The notes: generated by a model from the letters alone, not told the origin. A stretch of 64,000 bases of DNA from Sphaerodactylus townsendi (GCF_021028975.2 NC_059438.1:3658001-3722000), one strand, 5' to 3'; positions 12,128-24,944 are shown, counted from the first letter of the stretch. A program made the numbers and translations.

Positions 12128-12300
12128 ACCTGAAGCTGCCCCATTCTGAATCAGACCCTTGGTCCATTAGTCTTTGTATTGTCTACTCTGACTGGCAGCC
12201 GTTTCAGGTAGAGTATTTCACATCACCTATACCAGATCTTTTAACTGGAAATGATGGGGTTGAAGCTATGTGGGGCCTTTTGCATGCCGAGCAGACCCTT
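12128..12300 (-). mobile_element. tRNA-derived SINE with CR1-like 3' tail (other copies ~22368-22430, ~36275-36435, ~37310-37390, ~42155-42480, ~43915-44005, ~55560-55750, ~60900-61085)
   Basis: The family has a recurring head GCTCAGTGGTAGAG..GCATGCAGAAG..GGTTCAA (A/B box) and tail GCCAGTCAGAGTAGACAATAC..GGTCTGA..AAGGCAGCTTC. Confidence 0.7.
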
Positions 12301-12301
12301 G

Positions 12302-12347
12302 CTTTGGCATTCTATCTACTTTGGCATTCTATCTACTTTGGCATTCT
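12302..12347. repeat. 17-bp tandem repeat (CTTTGGCATTCTATCTA) x~2.7
   Basis: Directly visible in the sequence. Confidence 0.85.
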
Positions 12348-13129
12348 TGCTTAGCTTGGCAACTGTTAGTAAGCAGCAGTGTCTTGTTTAATACATAATT
12401 TGACGGCTAAGCTTGTCGATTTGGTAAAGTTGAATCGGGGGGAAAAAACCCAAAAAGTTCTATTCAGCTTATTTATTTATTTATTTATTTGGGGGGGGGG
12501 GTTCGTACCAAGCATAAAAAAAACCCCAAGCGGAATACAAAAAAACTCCAACCGCCCAATAGATATTTTTGTTATTGGGTTTTCATCCATTTAAAGTGTA
12601 AAGAGATTATTGCACAGTGTGTAGCCACTGGGAAACCCTTTAAAAAGGCTTGTTGTTGTTTTTTCAATCACGTATCCCCTTATTTACCTTGGCTGGGTCT
12701 CTCTGGTGGGCTTACTGGTAGGGTCAGGATTGCTGAAGGGCCTAATCGGAGTGTTCCCTGCTCTCTTAATGCCCCATGTGTGCTTTCCAGGGCAACAGGG
12801 GGGCATTCTCACCAGCAAATGGGATTCTCTCTCAGCCAATGGCTGCCATGCATTTCTGCAAGGAGTTGAGTTCCTTGCAAAGCTAAAACCCTTTTCAAAG
12901 AGAAGAAGGAAAGAGGAAGAAAGCTGCCAGTGGCCAACACTACTGTTTCACCAGTCAGGGAAGGTTTATATTCCTGGGATATGTTCAAATGTCTGCTTCT
13001 TTTGATACCTGGCCAGACAGTATAAATTACAGCACCAGGTCCTGACCAATCCATTCTGTTTCAGACTGAGGTTCTGAGTGATAGCATAGAGCTTTGTCTT
13101 TGGCTCTTGAAATTCTCTTTCCTCTATCT

Positions 13130-13264
13130 CATAGGTGTCCAACTCGTGGCCCTCCAGATGTTATGGACTATAGTTCCCATCATCCCCTGCCAGTATTGTG
13201 CTGGCAGGGGATGATGGGAACTGTAGTCCATAACATCTGGAGGGCCACGAGTTTGACACCTGTG
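13130..13264. mobile_element. Palindromic hAT MITE (135 bp)
   Basis: Nearly fully self-complementary. 8-bp TSD CTCTATCT at 13122-13129 and 13265-13272. Confidence 0.92.
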
Positions 13265-14286
13265 CTCTATCTGATCTTTGGAGCACCTATCTTTGTGGGA
13301 TCACTTGCACATTGGAGTCCTATCTGCCTGCATGGAGAAAATGTAAAAGGGTTTGATTGAACCTGTTTGAAATTTTTGTAAAAAAATAATTACCTTTTGG
13401 GTGACTACTTGGTTGAGATTTTTAAATTGTACAAGCTAGAATTCTTCGGTATGACTTTTTTCACTCCTAGATAACTTATTTGTTGGTTTTTCTGGCTTTT
13501 TAATTGTGTATAATTTTTGTTATCATTGTAACTCACCTTAAGCTCATTTTGGGGGGGGGGGGGGAAGGCTACAAATTCTCAAAGAAATGGATAATGTTTG
13601 GGTTTTTTTAGAAAACCTTCATTACCTGTTTCTGTTGCTAATAAATCAGCCTGGGACAAGTTACAGGGAAAACCCACTTGAGAGTGTGGCTCCTCTACCT
13701 AGCAAGGGCAACTGGCTGTGGCTCTGAATTTAAATGATACTATCATGTATAAGTGTTTGTAAGAATCATGCCCAGCAATTTTTTTCTTGTCAAAAGTAAT
13801 CATTAACTTTTCCATAAGCCTAATTAAAGTGATTAACCATATAGAACTGTTAGCTGCAAATAAACAGGAAATGGCAACTCTTTCTCACAGTGATTAAAAG
13901 TATGCACAGTTTTCAGTTTTTCTTGAGCTTTGCTTCTATTGGTGAAGTTTTCACAGTTTTGTTTAAAAACCAAAATGCTTTTGTGCCTTGCATCCATTTA
14001 GTCCTAGCTGTTTGTATATTCAGAAAGTTCTTTTAACTTTGTATGAATGGACAGATAAAACTTGTGGTTTATATAGTAAAAATTACCTTTTGAAAAAAAT
14101 TAATTGTTGTTTGTTTTCCCTGCTTCTGCTTGGCCTTGGTGATGGGTTGCCAGTGGAGAAAGTGTGGGGGCTAAGGCCCAACAGCCCAGGCTAGGCCGAC
14201 AAGCCTAGTTTGATCTGGGTATTTAAAAGTTTACCAAAAAAAGTCTGCACCAAATTTTACTGTTTGTGTTTCCTTGTTCTTTCAAT

Positions 14287-14427
14287 GGCCCCTTTCGCAC
14301 TCGTAAAATAATGCATTTTCAAACCACTTTCACAACTGTTTGCAAGTGGATTTTGCTATTCCGCACAGCTTCAAAGAGCACTGAAAGCAGTTTGAAAGTG
14401 CATTATTCTGCATGTGTGGAATGAGCC
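14287..14427 (-). mobile_element. 141-bp PIF/Harbinger-type MITE
   Basis: Family TIRs GGCTCATTCCGCAC / GTGCGGAAGGGGCC (slightly diverged in this copy). 3-bp TSD AAT. Confidence 0.88.
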
Positions 14428-15826
14428 AATGTTTGCAGAGTTTTAATTAATGCTTGTTGTTGCTGCTACCAGGGTTACAGATAGATCTTATGGTTTCATA
14501 GTTGAAACTTTCTCCCCACCACCCATCCCCATTGTTGCTGCTTCAATGGTGTTCCTGTGTTTGCTTGATGGTTTTGGTTGGTTTTCTGGCTGGTGCTGTT
14601 GTGAGCTGGGTGGACCTGTGGGTCTCCCCACATTAGTGTAAAGGGGTTTGAGGGGGAATTGATTCTCTGCTGAGAAAGGTCAAGTAGCACTGTTGAGGTA
14701 CTACTTCTGGATTCTCTAGTTGCACCAAAGGAGTTTTTTTCCATTGTTACATTTAATTAGAGGCTAGTTGTAAGGGCTTGATAGGGTTTGTTAGAGTTTC
14801 TGAACATTTAATTCAGCTGTAGGGCTTCAGTTTTCTACTTAATTGTGTGGTGAATTGGTTTCTTTTAGAGTGGCTCTGTTGTTGAGATGTTAGCTGTAGG
14901 TTTGTGGGTGTGGGAAACACTGGGAAGGGAGGGAGGAACAATGCTTGGGTTTTTTCCCCTCTATTTGAAACCGTGGGAGATTGGGGAAGGTTAAGCGAGT
15001 GCAGATTTCACATCTTCAAATGTTTGCTTGCGTTGTGTGTTATTTCTTAACAAAATCTGCCATATATACAGTTGGATCCACTCAGCTCTTCTGCTGGTGA
15101 AAAAGGAAGGAAGAGACATTTTGACCATTAAACAAGGCTATACTGATGATTATGAGACCTGCAAGGACAAAAACGAAACAGAGCAGAGCTGCAGTAAGGA
15201 GGAAAATTGTATGAGAGTAGAACAGTTGGTTGAATCCTTCCCATAATGCAGTATTTATTGTATAAGTTCTTTTTTTCTACCACACAAGGGGGGGATTCTC
15301 ATGTGTCATTGAGCTCAACTTCTGAGCTGTTTGAATGAAGCTGTCATCTGTTAACTCCCTTGCTCTCCAAGGGTTTCTAATCTTGGTGTATAAAATAGCT
15401 GAATCTATATTGCTTCGTTTACCCTTGGCCCCTTTCACTACCTATGAATAACTTTCCTCTTTTCTTTGTTATTTTCCTGAAAATTGTCACTCAACAACAA
15501 CAAAAGAGAAGGGAGGGAGAAGGAGAGAGAATCCTGATTAAGCAACCCATTGGGAAAGGTGAAAATATTCATACAAGAGGGAACATTCATACTAACACAG
15601 GGGTAATAGCATCGCCCCACAGAGATCAGACCATATGCAGTGTCTGTAGTGACGATAATGGCTCAATTGATGGAACTGTTCAGTACAGAATTGGCTGACA
15701 CTGCTCCAATGGCTCTATTTCGAGTGATATGAATATACCTATCGTTGATTCTCAAGTACTGTCGAGTGGGCAATCTATAAACTGTGCAGTGTTTTGAATG
15801 TGCACTGGTGATATTTGTTGCTGAGA

Positions 15827-15893
15827 TAAATGATTTTGATGACACTATCTCCATAAACCTAATCTATGGAGATAGTGTCATCAAAACCATTTA
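15827..15893. repeat. Orphan inverted repeat: 29-bp arms (1 mismatch), 9-nt loop
   Basis: TAAATGATTTTGATGACACTATCTCCATA-aacctaatc-TATGGAGATAGTGTCATCAAAACCATTTA. Confidence 0.9.
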
Positions 15894-15904
15894 AAGTGTT
15901 CTAT

Positions 15905-16025
15905 AATGGCTTGTGACCCATGGTGGGGTTTTCAAGGCAAGAGACATTCAGAGATGGTTTGCCATTGCCTGCCTCTGCATCACATCCCTGGTATTCTTTG
16001 GAGGTCTGCCATCTAAATAGTGTGG
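15905..16025 (-). mobile_element. 5S-derived/Sauria-RTE-type SINE fragment
   Basis: GGGGTTTTCAAGGCAAGAGA..GGTTTGCCATTGCCTGCCTC..GGAGGTCT..CATC, as in the other copies. Confidence 0.65.
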
Positions 16026-16096
16026 ACTGACCCGAGGTCACCCAGCAATCTTCTTGGGGTGAGTGGGGATTTGAACATAGGCTTCCCAAGTCCTAG

Positions 16097-16335
16097 TCAT
16101 CATCATCAATTTATACTATGGTCATAGACCAGCATAAGGTTAACAGAATAACACTAAAAGGATAAGATATAATAAAACAGTAAATATGTGTCTAAAAAGC
16201 AAAACTGACTGGTAAAAGGAAACTGGGAACACACATAGGTGTGGGAACAGAAAGGAAATAGGGTAAAACAATCAATATGAGAGGGAATTAAAACTATGAA
16301 CTATGAAAAGGTGAACAATAGTCAACTGTGAATTT
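16097..16335 (-). mobile_element. LINE 3' UTR/tail fragment (RTE-X-like)
   Basis: Minus strand ends CTGGTCTATGACCATAGTATAAAT followed by a (TGA)n microsatellite tail. Confidence 0.45.
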
Positions 16336-16476
16336 GGCTCATTCCGCACATGCAGAATAATGCACTTTCAAACTGCTTTCAGTGCTCTTTGAAGCTGTGC
16401 GGAATAGCAAAATCCACTTGCAAACAGTTGTGAAAGTGGTTTGAAAATGCATTATTTTGCGTGTGCGGAAGGGGCC
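16336..16476 (+). mobile_element. 141-bp Harbinger-type MITE
   Basis: Same family as 14287-14427. TSD TTT. Confidence 0.9.
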
Positions 16477-17662
16477 TTTGATAGCTCCAAATCTCGATCA
16501 CATTGCCTTTTTAAAACATTATGGTGTGTGCTCTACAAATTCCTAATTCTAAATAAGCTCTACAAAGACTGACTTTAATCGGATAGTGTGGAGGCGATAT
16601 TTCATGCATTTCCAGATAGAGTGGGATAAAAATGTGAAATAATAAAAATAAATGTAGGGGTTTTTTTTTCTGTCAGAAGTTGGTAGTTGAACAAGAAACT
16701 CTCCCCCGCCACAAAACAAAATCTTTCAGGTGGTTGTCACATACCATGTTCCGTTATGGTTCTATCCTGTCCCTGGGCAGTACTCTTCTCTTGTATTAGT
16801 ACCTGATGTATCCCCAATATATTTAATAAGCATGGGACCTGCAAGGACTTCTGGGAGCATTTCATTTTCCCTTTCCTATTTCCTCTTTCCCTTCCCTGAA
16901 AGCCCCATAGCGAAATGCTAACTTTCCTAACTTACCTTGCTTTAAAAGCAAAAATACATCGTTTATAATTTCGTTACGTATAACGCTGTATTCATGATGT
17001 ACATATTTATGGATTTTAAGGCCTTAGTTTCCAACAAGAAAAACTGCAACCATGCCAAACACTAAAGTGAGAGAGAGAGCGGCTCTATCTTATGTTGTCT
17101 TGGCACTGTTCACTCATTCCAAAAGACTTTTCATGCAACACATGTTGGGTGAATAAACATTGTCTTAAAAACCATTCCACTCATTTAAAAACTGTTTCGG
17201 CATTTTAAAAATATTTTAGCACTCCCCAAATTTTCCAGTTTTTTCTATTGGCTTTTTTTTTTTTTTAGTCTGTAGGAGACAATATTTTTTTCCTGATTTT
17301 TCTCAGTTTTTTTTGCCCAGGCCTTCAAAACTGTTTGATAAACATCGCAACTGTTAAACTGGGAGACTGAGATTGTCTTCCTTAAAATTGCTTCAGTTCA
17401 GCTTTTGTTTGCAATAAACCAAGTGATTCATGAAGCTCTGTGTTTCCTTCCCAGTGGAATCCAAAGAACCAAAGCTCTTCACAGAGAATCTGTAACACTC
17501 TGAAATCATAACTGATTGCAGTATCAAATAATCTTTAAGCAACCAATCTTTATTATTGGTATTGTTTAAATCAGTAAACTTCTTTTCTGTTTCTCAGCTG
17601 CGTCAGAACGTAGGCTTTAGTTAATGGCAAGGCGTTTGATTAAAGAAAAAGAAGAAAAATGT

Positions 17663-17810
17663 NNNNNNNNNNNNNNNNNNNNNNNNNNNNNNNNNNNNNN
17701 NNNNNNNNNNNNNNNNNNNNNNNNNNNNNNNNNNNNNNNNNNNNNNNNNNNNNNNNNNNNNNNNNNNNNNNNNNNNNNNNNNNNNNNNNNNNNNNNNNNN
17801 NNNNNNNNNN
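17663..17810. other. Assembly gap (148 N)
   Basis: Run of N. Confidence 1.
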
Positions 17811-19392
17811 ATACGGTGACCTATTAATTTCAAAATCTAATACAAGGTCTCTTTAATGCCTGCAGTCCATTAAAAAGTCTGATCCCACAATATAACAGCT
17901 TTTTCATAAAAATTTAAACCCCTATTCATTTGTTTTAATTGCACTAATCGCTTGATAATCTGCTCTGACAAGATTATGGCTACAAATCTAAATCCAGTGT
18001 GTGTTTTCTTCATGGGAAGCAAACCCTGCATATGAATTTAGTTTTAAATCAAAACTTACAAGGTTTGCCATAAACTCTTGGAAGCAAAGGGTATCAGTAC
18101 TGGGCATAATGATCTGTTAAACTACCCGAAGGAGTGCCTGTGTCCATATGTACCAGCCACTGAGATCTCAAGGGGAGGCACTTCTGTTGTTACCTCCTTC
18201 TGCCAAGATGCAGGGCTCGGGGCACACAAGAGGGCTGCCATGTTTGTTTTCAATATTTCAGTGCATCCCTGTTTACTTATACTGTTAAGATCTCGATACT
18301 TAACAAATAATATGCCAGAGATGTTCAAATGTTAACAAAAAGCCAATTAGCCTTTTCATGAAAAATGGAGCTGGGATAGTCCAAGGGACTCATGGGCAAT
18401 GGGTTATGAATATAGATACGATGGAGTTAATTTGAACATTTCTGAACATTTAGACTGGTTTTAACAGCAAGAAGCAAATTTTCACCTGAGAAAGGGTGAC
18501 TCAAACTTTTGTTTTGTCTCCCATTAGATGCTATAGATCAGGATGAAAAGAAAAACAAGCCAGAAGACACTTTAAAGTGCCCTTTTAACTAAATGAGTTG
18601 GGCAGGGAGCAACAAACGTAGCTGAGCATTAAATACACTTTAGCTGCCATTTTGGAAGGTCATGGACCTAAATGTCTTTTTCTAATCAGTCGTTCTCTTC
18701 CACAAAAACCAATCAAGGGAGAAAGGTTGGTATTTAAATATGTTTATCTGTTAAACAGGTGTTCCCATTTGACATACTAATCCTAATTCTAGCCAATTTT
18801 GCAAATCTAAGGTCAACACAAAATTGTTGCTTTGAAAAACAAGAGGTGGAGGGGAAAAACAGGGAAGGTTTAATGCACTGTATTCTTCTGTCATAGCTTT
18901 TCATAGACAGTTTAGGCACTGGACCAGATTCAATCTTGGGGGAAGTTTTGAACCTTTATGCTTGCCTCCCTTGGTATGGTGACTCCCATAAGAGGTTTTG
19001 GGGGTTATACCATGCAGCAGCATGGCCAGCTCAAGGGCTATCACCCAGTTCTAGTCCTTGGGTGACAAGGAAAACATGCAGCAAACCTGAGAGGAATTCC
19101 AGGACTTGCCAACCCATATGATTTCCTCTAGCCAGCAAGATAGAGTGAGGGTTGAAGTAACTGGCCAGCAGGTAGGTCTCCTGATACTGGATCCAGGGTT
19201 GTTAGTGTTCCTGCAACTGTATTCAATTAAAACTGTCTTATTTTCCTCCAGCAAGGTTCTGTACTTTACCCTCCTCACACTCTTGTGTCCTTCCTTGCCT
19301 CTTGGACTACAAATACCTACCAAGATTATTTTGATCCTTCAGAACTGGATTCATAGCTACTACATGCAAAGCCACAAGATCACTCTCTCCCT

Positions 19393-19688
19393 CAGCGTGG
19401 AGTAGTGGTTAAGAGCAGGTGGATTCTAATCTGGAGAACTGAGTTTGATTCTCCACTCCTCCACCTGAGTGGCAGAGGCTTATCTGGTGGACCAGATGTG
19501 TTTCCACACTCCTACATTCCTGCTGGGTGACCTTGGGCTAGTCACAGTTCTTCGGACCTCTCTCAGCCCCACCTACTTCACAAGGTGTCTGTTGTGGGGA
19601 GAGGAAAGAAGAGGAGCTTGTAAGACACCTTGAGTTTCCTTAAAGGAGAGAAAGGTGGAGTATAAATCCAAACTCTTCTTCTTCTTCT
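19393..19688 (+). mobile_element. Squam3-like CORE SINE
   Basis: Full head, CORE and (CTT)n tail. Confidence 0.88.
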
Positions 19689-20649
19689 CAATGAAGCACC
19701 AATTATTTCCTCTAACCAGTTGTTACTATCACCCCATAGGCTAAATGGATACTGTGCAGAAAGGAACAGAGGTTCAGAAATGAATGGTTGGTGTACTTAA
19801 GGAGATTAGAGAGAAAGTATACATTAAAAGGAAAGAAGGAATCAGACAGTTAGAGCTAGCAATGTGGATTATTTGAACCACTGCTAGAGAAAACAGGCAG
19901 TAATACTGAAATGGTTGTCCACAAATATTCATTGTGATGCATCTTCTATTGCTACTCGAATTCTGAATGTGACATCTATCCTTGACATCTGAAATCTGAG
20001 TGATGTACAATACAATCCTAAGCAAGTGTAAGAAGATGTAACAAATGCTAATTACTTCTATGGGACTTAAACTCTGACAAGTACGTTTATTATTATAATT
20101 TTATACCAGCTGATATCTCTTTCTTTAGTTTAATTGACATAAAAAACAAAATCAAACTAACTGTATGCTGTCCAATATAAAATACTACTGCATGCCAGAT
20201 CCTGTGAGATATCAGCTACAAAATCAAATATGATAGCATGCCAAATACAGATGTCAACTATTTGGCAAACATTCAGAGAACATATGGAGAATGTACACTG
20301 TGAAGGAAATTGGGGAGTAAATTTCTTTCTGCACTTAACTCTTCATTTTCCAGGGCTTCTAGTTTCTTCTGTATCTACATTCTTGAGGGACTTTGATATT
20401 CAATATGGGAACAATATTTCTCTAATCAACTCTTAGTATCTAGACCTTTTTTTCATTTGTTTATACAATTACATGCTCCTTTTCCACAATAACAAAATTA
20501 AGTCACATTCAACAGTATCAATCACATTACCTGACTTAATCTGATGTCAGCATTAACTAAAAATAAACAGCAACATTTCATAAAAACTAAATATTATAAA
20601 GCAGTCAATACTATATTAATAAAGAAATACATGTGGGCCTACTTATCCA

Positions 20650-20930
20650 CCAAATGCTCAGATGAACAGAGCAGATTAACCCGGCACACAAAAATAAAGA
20701 TGGCAGAGATGGAATCTGTCAAACATCCACCAGAAAAGAACCCAATAACCAAGTGGTAACCACAGATAAGACCCTGTCTCAGAAAGAAAACCACCTTTGT
20801 TCCAAAGATACGGGAATATACAAAGATACCCCATGGCAATTTAAACTGTTGGACAGACTCATACGAGAGATGCCTGTCTTTCGAAGGCCTTGATCCCAAA
20901 CAGTTTTGAGCTTCCATGGTCAGTATAAGT
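20650..20930 (-). mobile_element. Decayed L2 LINE 3' ORF2 fragment
   Basis: Minus strand resembles the L2 C-terminal block LT..A.N.LG....DR...YE...Q, with many substitutions. Confidence 0.5.
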
Positions 20931-20959
20931 AAGTTGAATTACGTCTCTAAACAAACAAG

Positions 20960-21463
20960 GGCCATTTCTGCACGGCCACGGTAGGGGTTGGGTCGGCGTA
21001 CATGACGCCGACCCAACCCCTCTGGGACCGTTCGCGGGAGAACCTACTGGGACGATGTATGCGCAGTGTTGCGTTGGCCATTCGGTCGACCTATTTGTGC
21101 TTATGTGTCTCTTCCAGCACGCCGCTGAAGTTAGGGGACACCCCCCCCGCCTCCTTCCGCCGACCGCCCAGAGTAGCAGGGCAGAGGGGGGCTAACCTCA
21201 GGCTCCTCGGGCGATACCGAGGGGTCGCAGAGCAGGTAGGTTGACCGGACATGGGGGGAGAGAAGGCGCCTTTGAGCTGCTGCCATTTGCACAGCAGTGG
21301 CTCAAAGCAGCCATTTTCTGTAAACCTCGCTCGGGAAGCGAGGGAGGAAAACAGCGGCTTCGCACCTCTCGGGCGGTATGGCTGTGAAGCAGCTGCACCC
21401 CCTTGAAAGTGCTAATCGGCTCCTGGGATGGTTTTTTTGTCATTCCTAGCCGTGATTAGGGCC
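20960..21463 (+). mobile_element. ~500-bp GC-rich Harbinger-type MITE with subterminal 17-bp hairpin
   Basis: Left TIR GGCCATTTCTGCAC; right end degenerate. Perfect stem at 20983-20999/21005-21021. Shares internal blocks with the elements at 25040, 48974 and 56905. Confidence 0.75.
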
Positions 21464-22468
21464 CAGATAGTTCAAAGGGAAAGGGCCAAGAATAAACTGG
21501 TTTTTTATAGATGCTGTACTTATAGCATATTATGTCCAGGTGTTTCCTGACACTGGAGAGAGAAGTTCTTTTTGCTATCCCACTGATGTTAAAAAAAGAA
21601 AGGGGGAGTGGGAAAAAGCAGTCTTCATATCAGCAAAACTTCTAAATAATTTCCATTAACTTGATTGTCATTTGCTTCTGTGCTGTTTTCAAATCAAATG
21701 TGACAATAGCCAGAATAACTCATTCCATAATCATGGCTAGCCCAGAGGATTTGCCATGACAGTATGTTCTCTGGATAATGGTGTAATAGTCTTTTCTCCT
21801 ATTTGTCAAACCTATTAGCATTCAGAAATCTTACCAAGTCCGTGACCTGTTTGTGTAACTGTACAGCCAGGCATTTGGGTATGTTAATTTCCTTTTTGAT
21901 CCAAAAGGATAAAATATAATGGAAGAGTAAATTAAACAAAGGTTATATACAAAAATATCCCTCTTTGCCACTTGAGGAAATGTTCCATGTGTCAGTTTTA
22001 TTAATACCATTGAAGAAACTATTTTACTGGGTATGAATGATAGGCATAAGTGACTTTATGGAGTCTCAGCCTTAGCCATGGGAAATTACATTTGCACTCT
22101 GGGGTTTCTTCACTGATGGAATATGTTCATTTCCATTTGGGAGAGAGGGGAATTGAAATAATTCTTAAGGGAGACAAAACATGTTCAGGCATTCAGGACC
22201 ACATATATTTGGGTTTTTTCCCCTGTGATCAAGCAATCTACTGTTTTGGAAATGCCACTGCTGTGAGAAGAGTCACCCATTTCCCCAACCTAACCATCCT
22301 GACCCTTCCCTATCATCTGACAGCAACCTGACTAAAACCTCCTTTTTAAAACCAAGCTACAATGGTAGGGGCTATGGCTCAATTGCACATTTCTGTTCCA
22401 TGCAGAAGGTTCCAGGTTAAATTCAGACGAGTAAAGGCTAAGCTCATGGGCCTCTTTCTTTTCTCCTG

Positions 22469-22609
22469 GGCTCATTCCGCACATGCAGAATAATGCACTT
22501 TCAAACTGCTTTCAGTGCTCTTTGAAGCTGTGCGGAATGACAAAATCCACTTGCAAACAGTTGTTTAAGTGGTTTGAAAATGAATTATTTTGCATGTGCA
22601 GAAGGGGCC
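22469..22609 (+). mobile_element. 141-bp Harbinger-type MITE
   Basis: Same family as 14287-14427. TSD CTG. Confidence 0.9.
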
Positions 22610-22889
22610 CTGGATTCAAGGAGTCACAAAGCTCATGTGGTAAACTGCAACTCATAGGAGACATCCTGGCTACTCATTGTGTTGCTCACCAATGCCTGAA
22701 ATGTGACCGGAAGGAAATGGTGGGGCACGTGTCCATGTCATGCCAGTAAAAATGGGACATGGCATCTTAGATGGCCTAGGATTTGCCAAGACTTCTGGCA
22801 CCTCTCGTAACTTCCCCTTTCTCTGAGCCATTCTTTCCTTCCCCTGCCAACCTTGTTCTTTCCTTCCCAACTTCAGTTATATTTATTGC

Positions 22890-23110
22890 TTGTTCACTTT
22901 TTTCTACCCCACCTTTCTCTACAGTGGGGACCCAAAGCTGCTCACATCATTCTCCTTTCCTCCATTTTATCCTCATAACAACCCTGTAAAGTAGGTTAGA
23001 CTGAGATTGTGTAACTGGCACAAGGTCAGCCAGGAAGATTTAATGGCACAATGGGGATTTGACCCTGGTTCTCCTAGATCCTAGTCAGAAATTCTAATCA
23101 CTCTACCACT
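22890..23110 (-). mobile_element. Older MIR-like CORE SINE (similar copies ~30900-31120, ~47440-47620, ~60330-60480, and 56805-57490 split by a MITE)
   Basis: CATTTTATCCTCA.AACAACCCTGT..GTAGG..CAAGGTCA motif. Confidence 0.7.
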
Positions 23111-23175
23111 CTTGCTTTAGTGAAGTGGCTGGTGTTGAGCAGTAGCAAGCAGCTGAACCTGACTGTAACATTTTG

Positions 23176-23472
23176 GTCAGCATGGTGTAGTGGTTTATAG
23201 CAGTGGATTTTAATCCGGAGAACCAGGTTTATTTCCACACTCATCCCCTTGAGTGGCAGACTCTTGTCTGGTGAACTGGATTTGTCTCCATGCTCCTACA
23301 CATAAAGCCTGCTGGGTGACCTTGGGTTAGTCACTGTTCTCACAGAACTCTCTCAGACCCACTTACCTCACAAGGTGTCTGATGTGGGAGGGGAAAGGAA
23401 GGAGTTTGTAAGCCGCTTTGAAACTCCTTATAGGAAAGAAAGGCAGGGTATAAATTCAAACTCTTCTTCTTC
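23176..23472 (+). mobile_element. Squam3-like CORE SINE
   Basis: Head, CORE and (CTT)n tail. Confidence 0.85.
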
Positions 23473-24843
23473 AGGAAGTAGCAAGCCACTCAGTGGTAGC
23501 CAGGCCCTGATGAGTACTCCCTCAAAGGCTCAAGAACCTTGGAAAGGACTGTACACTCTCCCCTTACCCCAACATTGTACTGACAGAAACCAAGGCTTAA
23601 AAGCTGACAATACTGTCGTTGTTGCCCAGCAATGAGAGAAATAGTCTCTTAAAGCTACTGAAACCACTTTCAATAAATTTGGGGGATTTTAAACCCCCCT
23701 CCAGTGCAATGCTTTTTAGATTTCCATGTGTTCTGCTAACCTGTAGCTTTTCTCAAATTTGCAGAAAGATATTCCTTATCAGATTGTGATCAAACAATAC
23801 AAGAAATCAGCACAATCAGTCACCTACGTAGCTGTGTAAGGAGAAAAGTGAAAGCATTCTTTGGAAAAAATCATGGTTCTGAAGATGCTGATGGAGTGCA
23901 ATTGTACGCATGAAATGTTTTGAGGAATAGCCAGCTTTTGTGTTAACAACAGCTGCCAGCTACAGAACAATACAGCCGCTTATCAGACTTCTACTATTGT
24001 CTGACTGTGGAGTAGACTGGAATGCCATGAAATGTTTACATTTGTTCAAGTCTCAAAACTGTGTCACTGAAAGTTAAGAGTATATTTGTCTGTGCTTTTT
24101 GTATCACCTTAGACTTATATGTAGGGTTTTGTAAATTTTTACAAAATATCTGCATTCTACATGTATTTATTCAACAGGTACAGATTGTTGAATTGATTAT
24201 AATAGCCTATGTACAGTTAAGTTCTTGCTCAGATGTTTCAATACTTTTGGACCATGCGCCCTTCCTTTTGTACATTGTCTGTTCATGAGTACAGTCTGGA
24301 TTTCAGTACCAAAAATGAGGCCATGTTGAATATTAGATATATTGATCATTTTCTTTGCACATGTCACAATGGGGCTGCATCAACCAATAATATAGCCTTT
24401 CCCAGGGCTCAAAAATCCAAGCTACACCATTGACTACACTTTGTATTTAATAGATCCTTAAAAAGGTACTATTATATCCTACTCTCCCTTGACCCAGACC
24501 CAAATGAGACATTGCAGAAGAACAGTTTAAATGAATTGCCGCTTGCAAAAATAGACCTGGAATTGGTAGTGTCTGTGTTCACAACACATTTTCCCATCCC
24601 CATCCCTTCAATACAAGTTCAACTGAGTTTCTAGCTATACCCCAGAGTCTCTTTGCCAAGACCAGGCTTCCAAGGGGACTTGGAGGTTTGTACCCATAGT
24701 ATTCTCCTCTTGGCAGGACTGGGCTGAAGAGGTACAAATGCTATGTCAATCCTGATTTGTAGCACTTCATATTATTTATATCCCTCTATTCTCCCCAATG
24801 GCTTACAGCATCATTATTTTCTCTTCCCTTTTATACTTAGAAC

Positions 24844-24944
24844 CAGTGGTGAGATTCAGCAGGTTCACACCACTTTGGCAGAACCAGTTGCTAAAATGGT
24901 GCTTGTAAACAACCGGTTGTTAAATTATTTGAATCCCACCACTG
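24844..24944 (+). mobile_element. ~100-bp hAT MITE (CAGTGGTG(G)GATTCA TIR)
   Basis: Reverse-complement match to 28439-28540. TSD not preserved here. Confidence 0.8.

Noticed and set aside
17621-17856. ORFs containing X runs (also 48539-48903, 50644-50932)
   Set aside because: Artefacts of assembly gaps.
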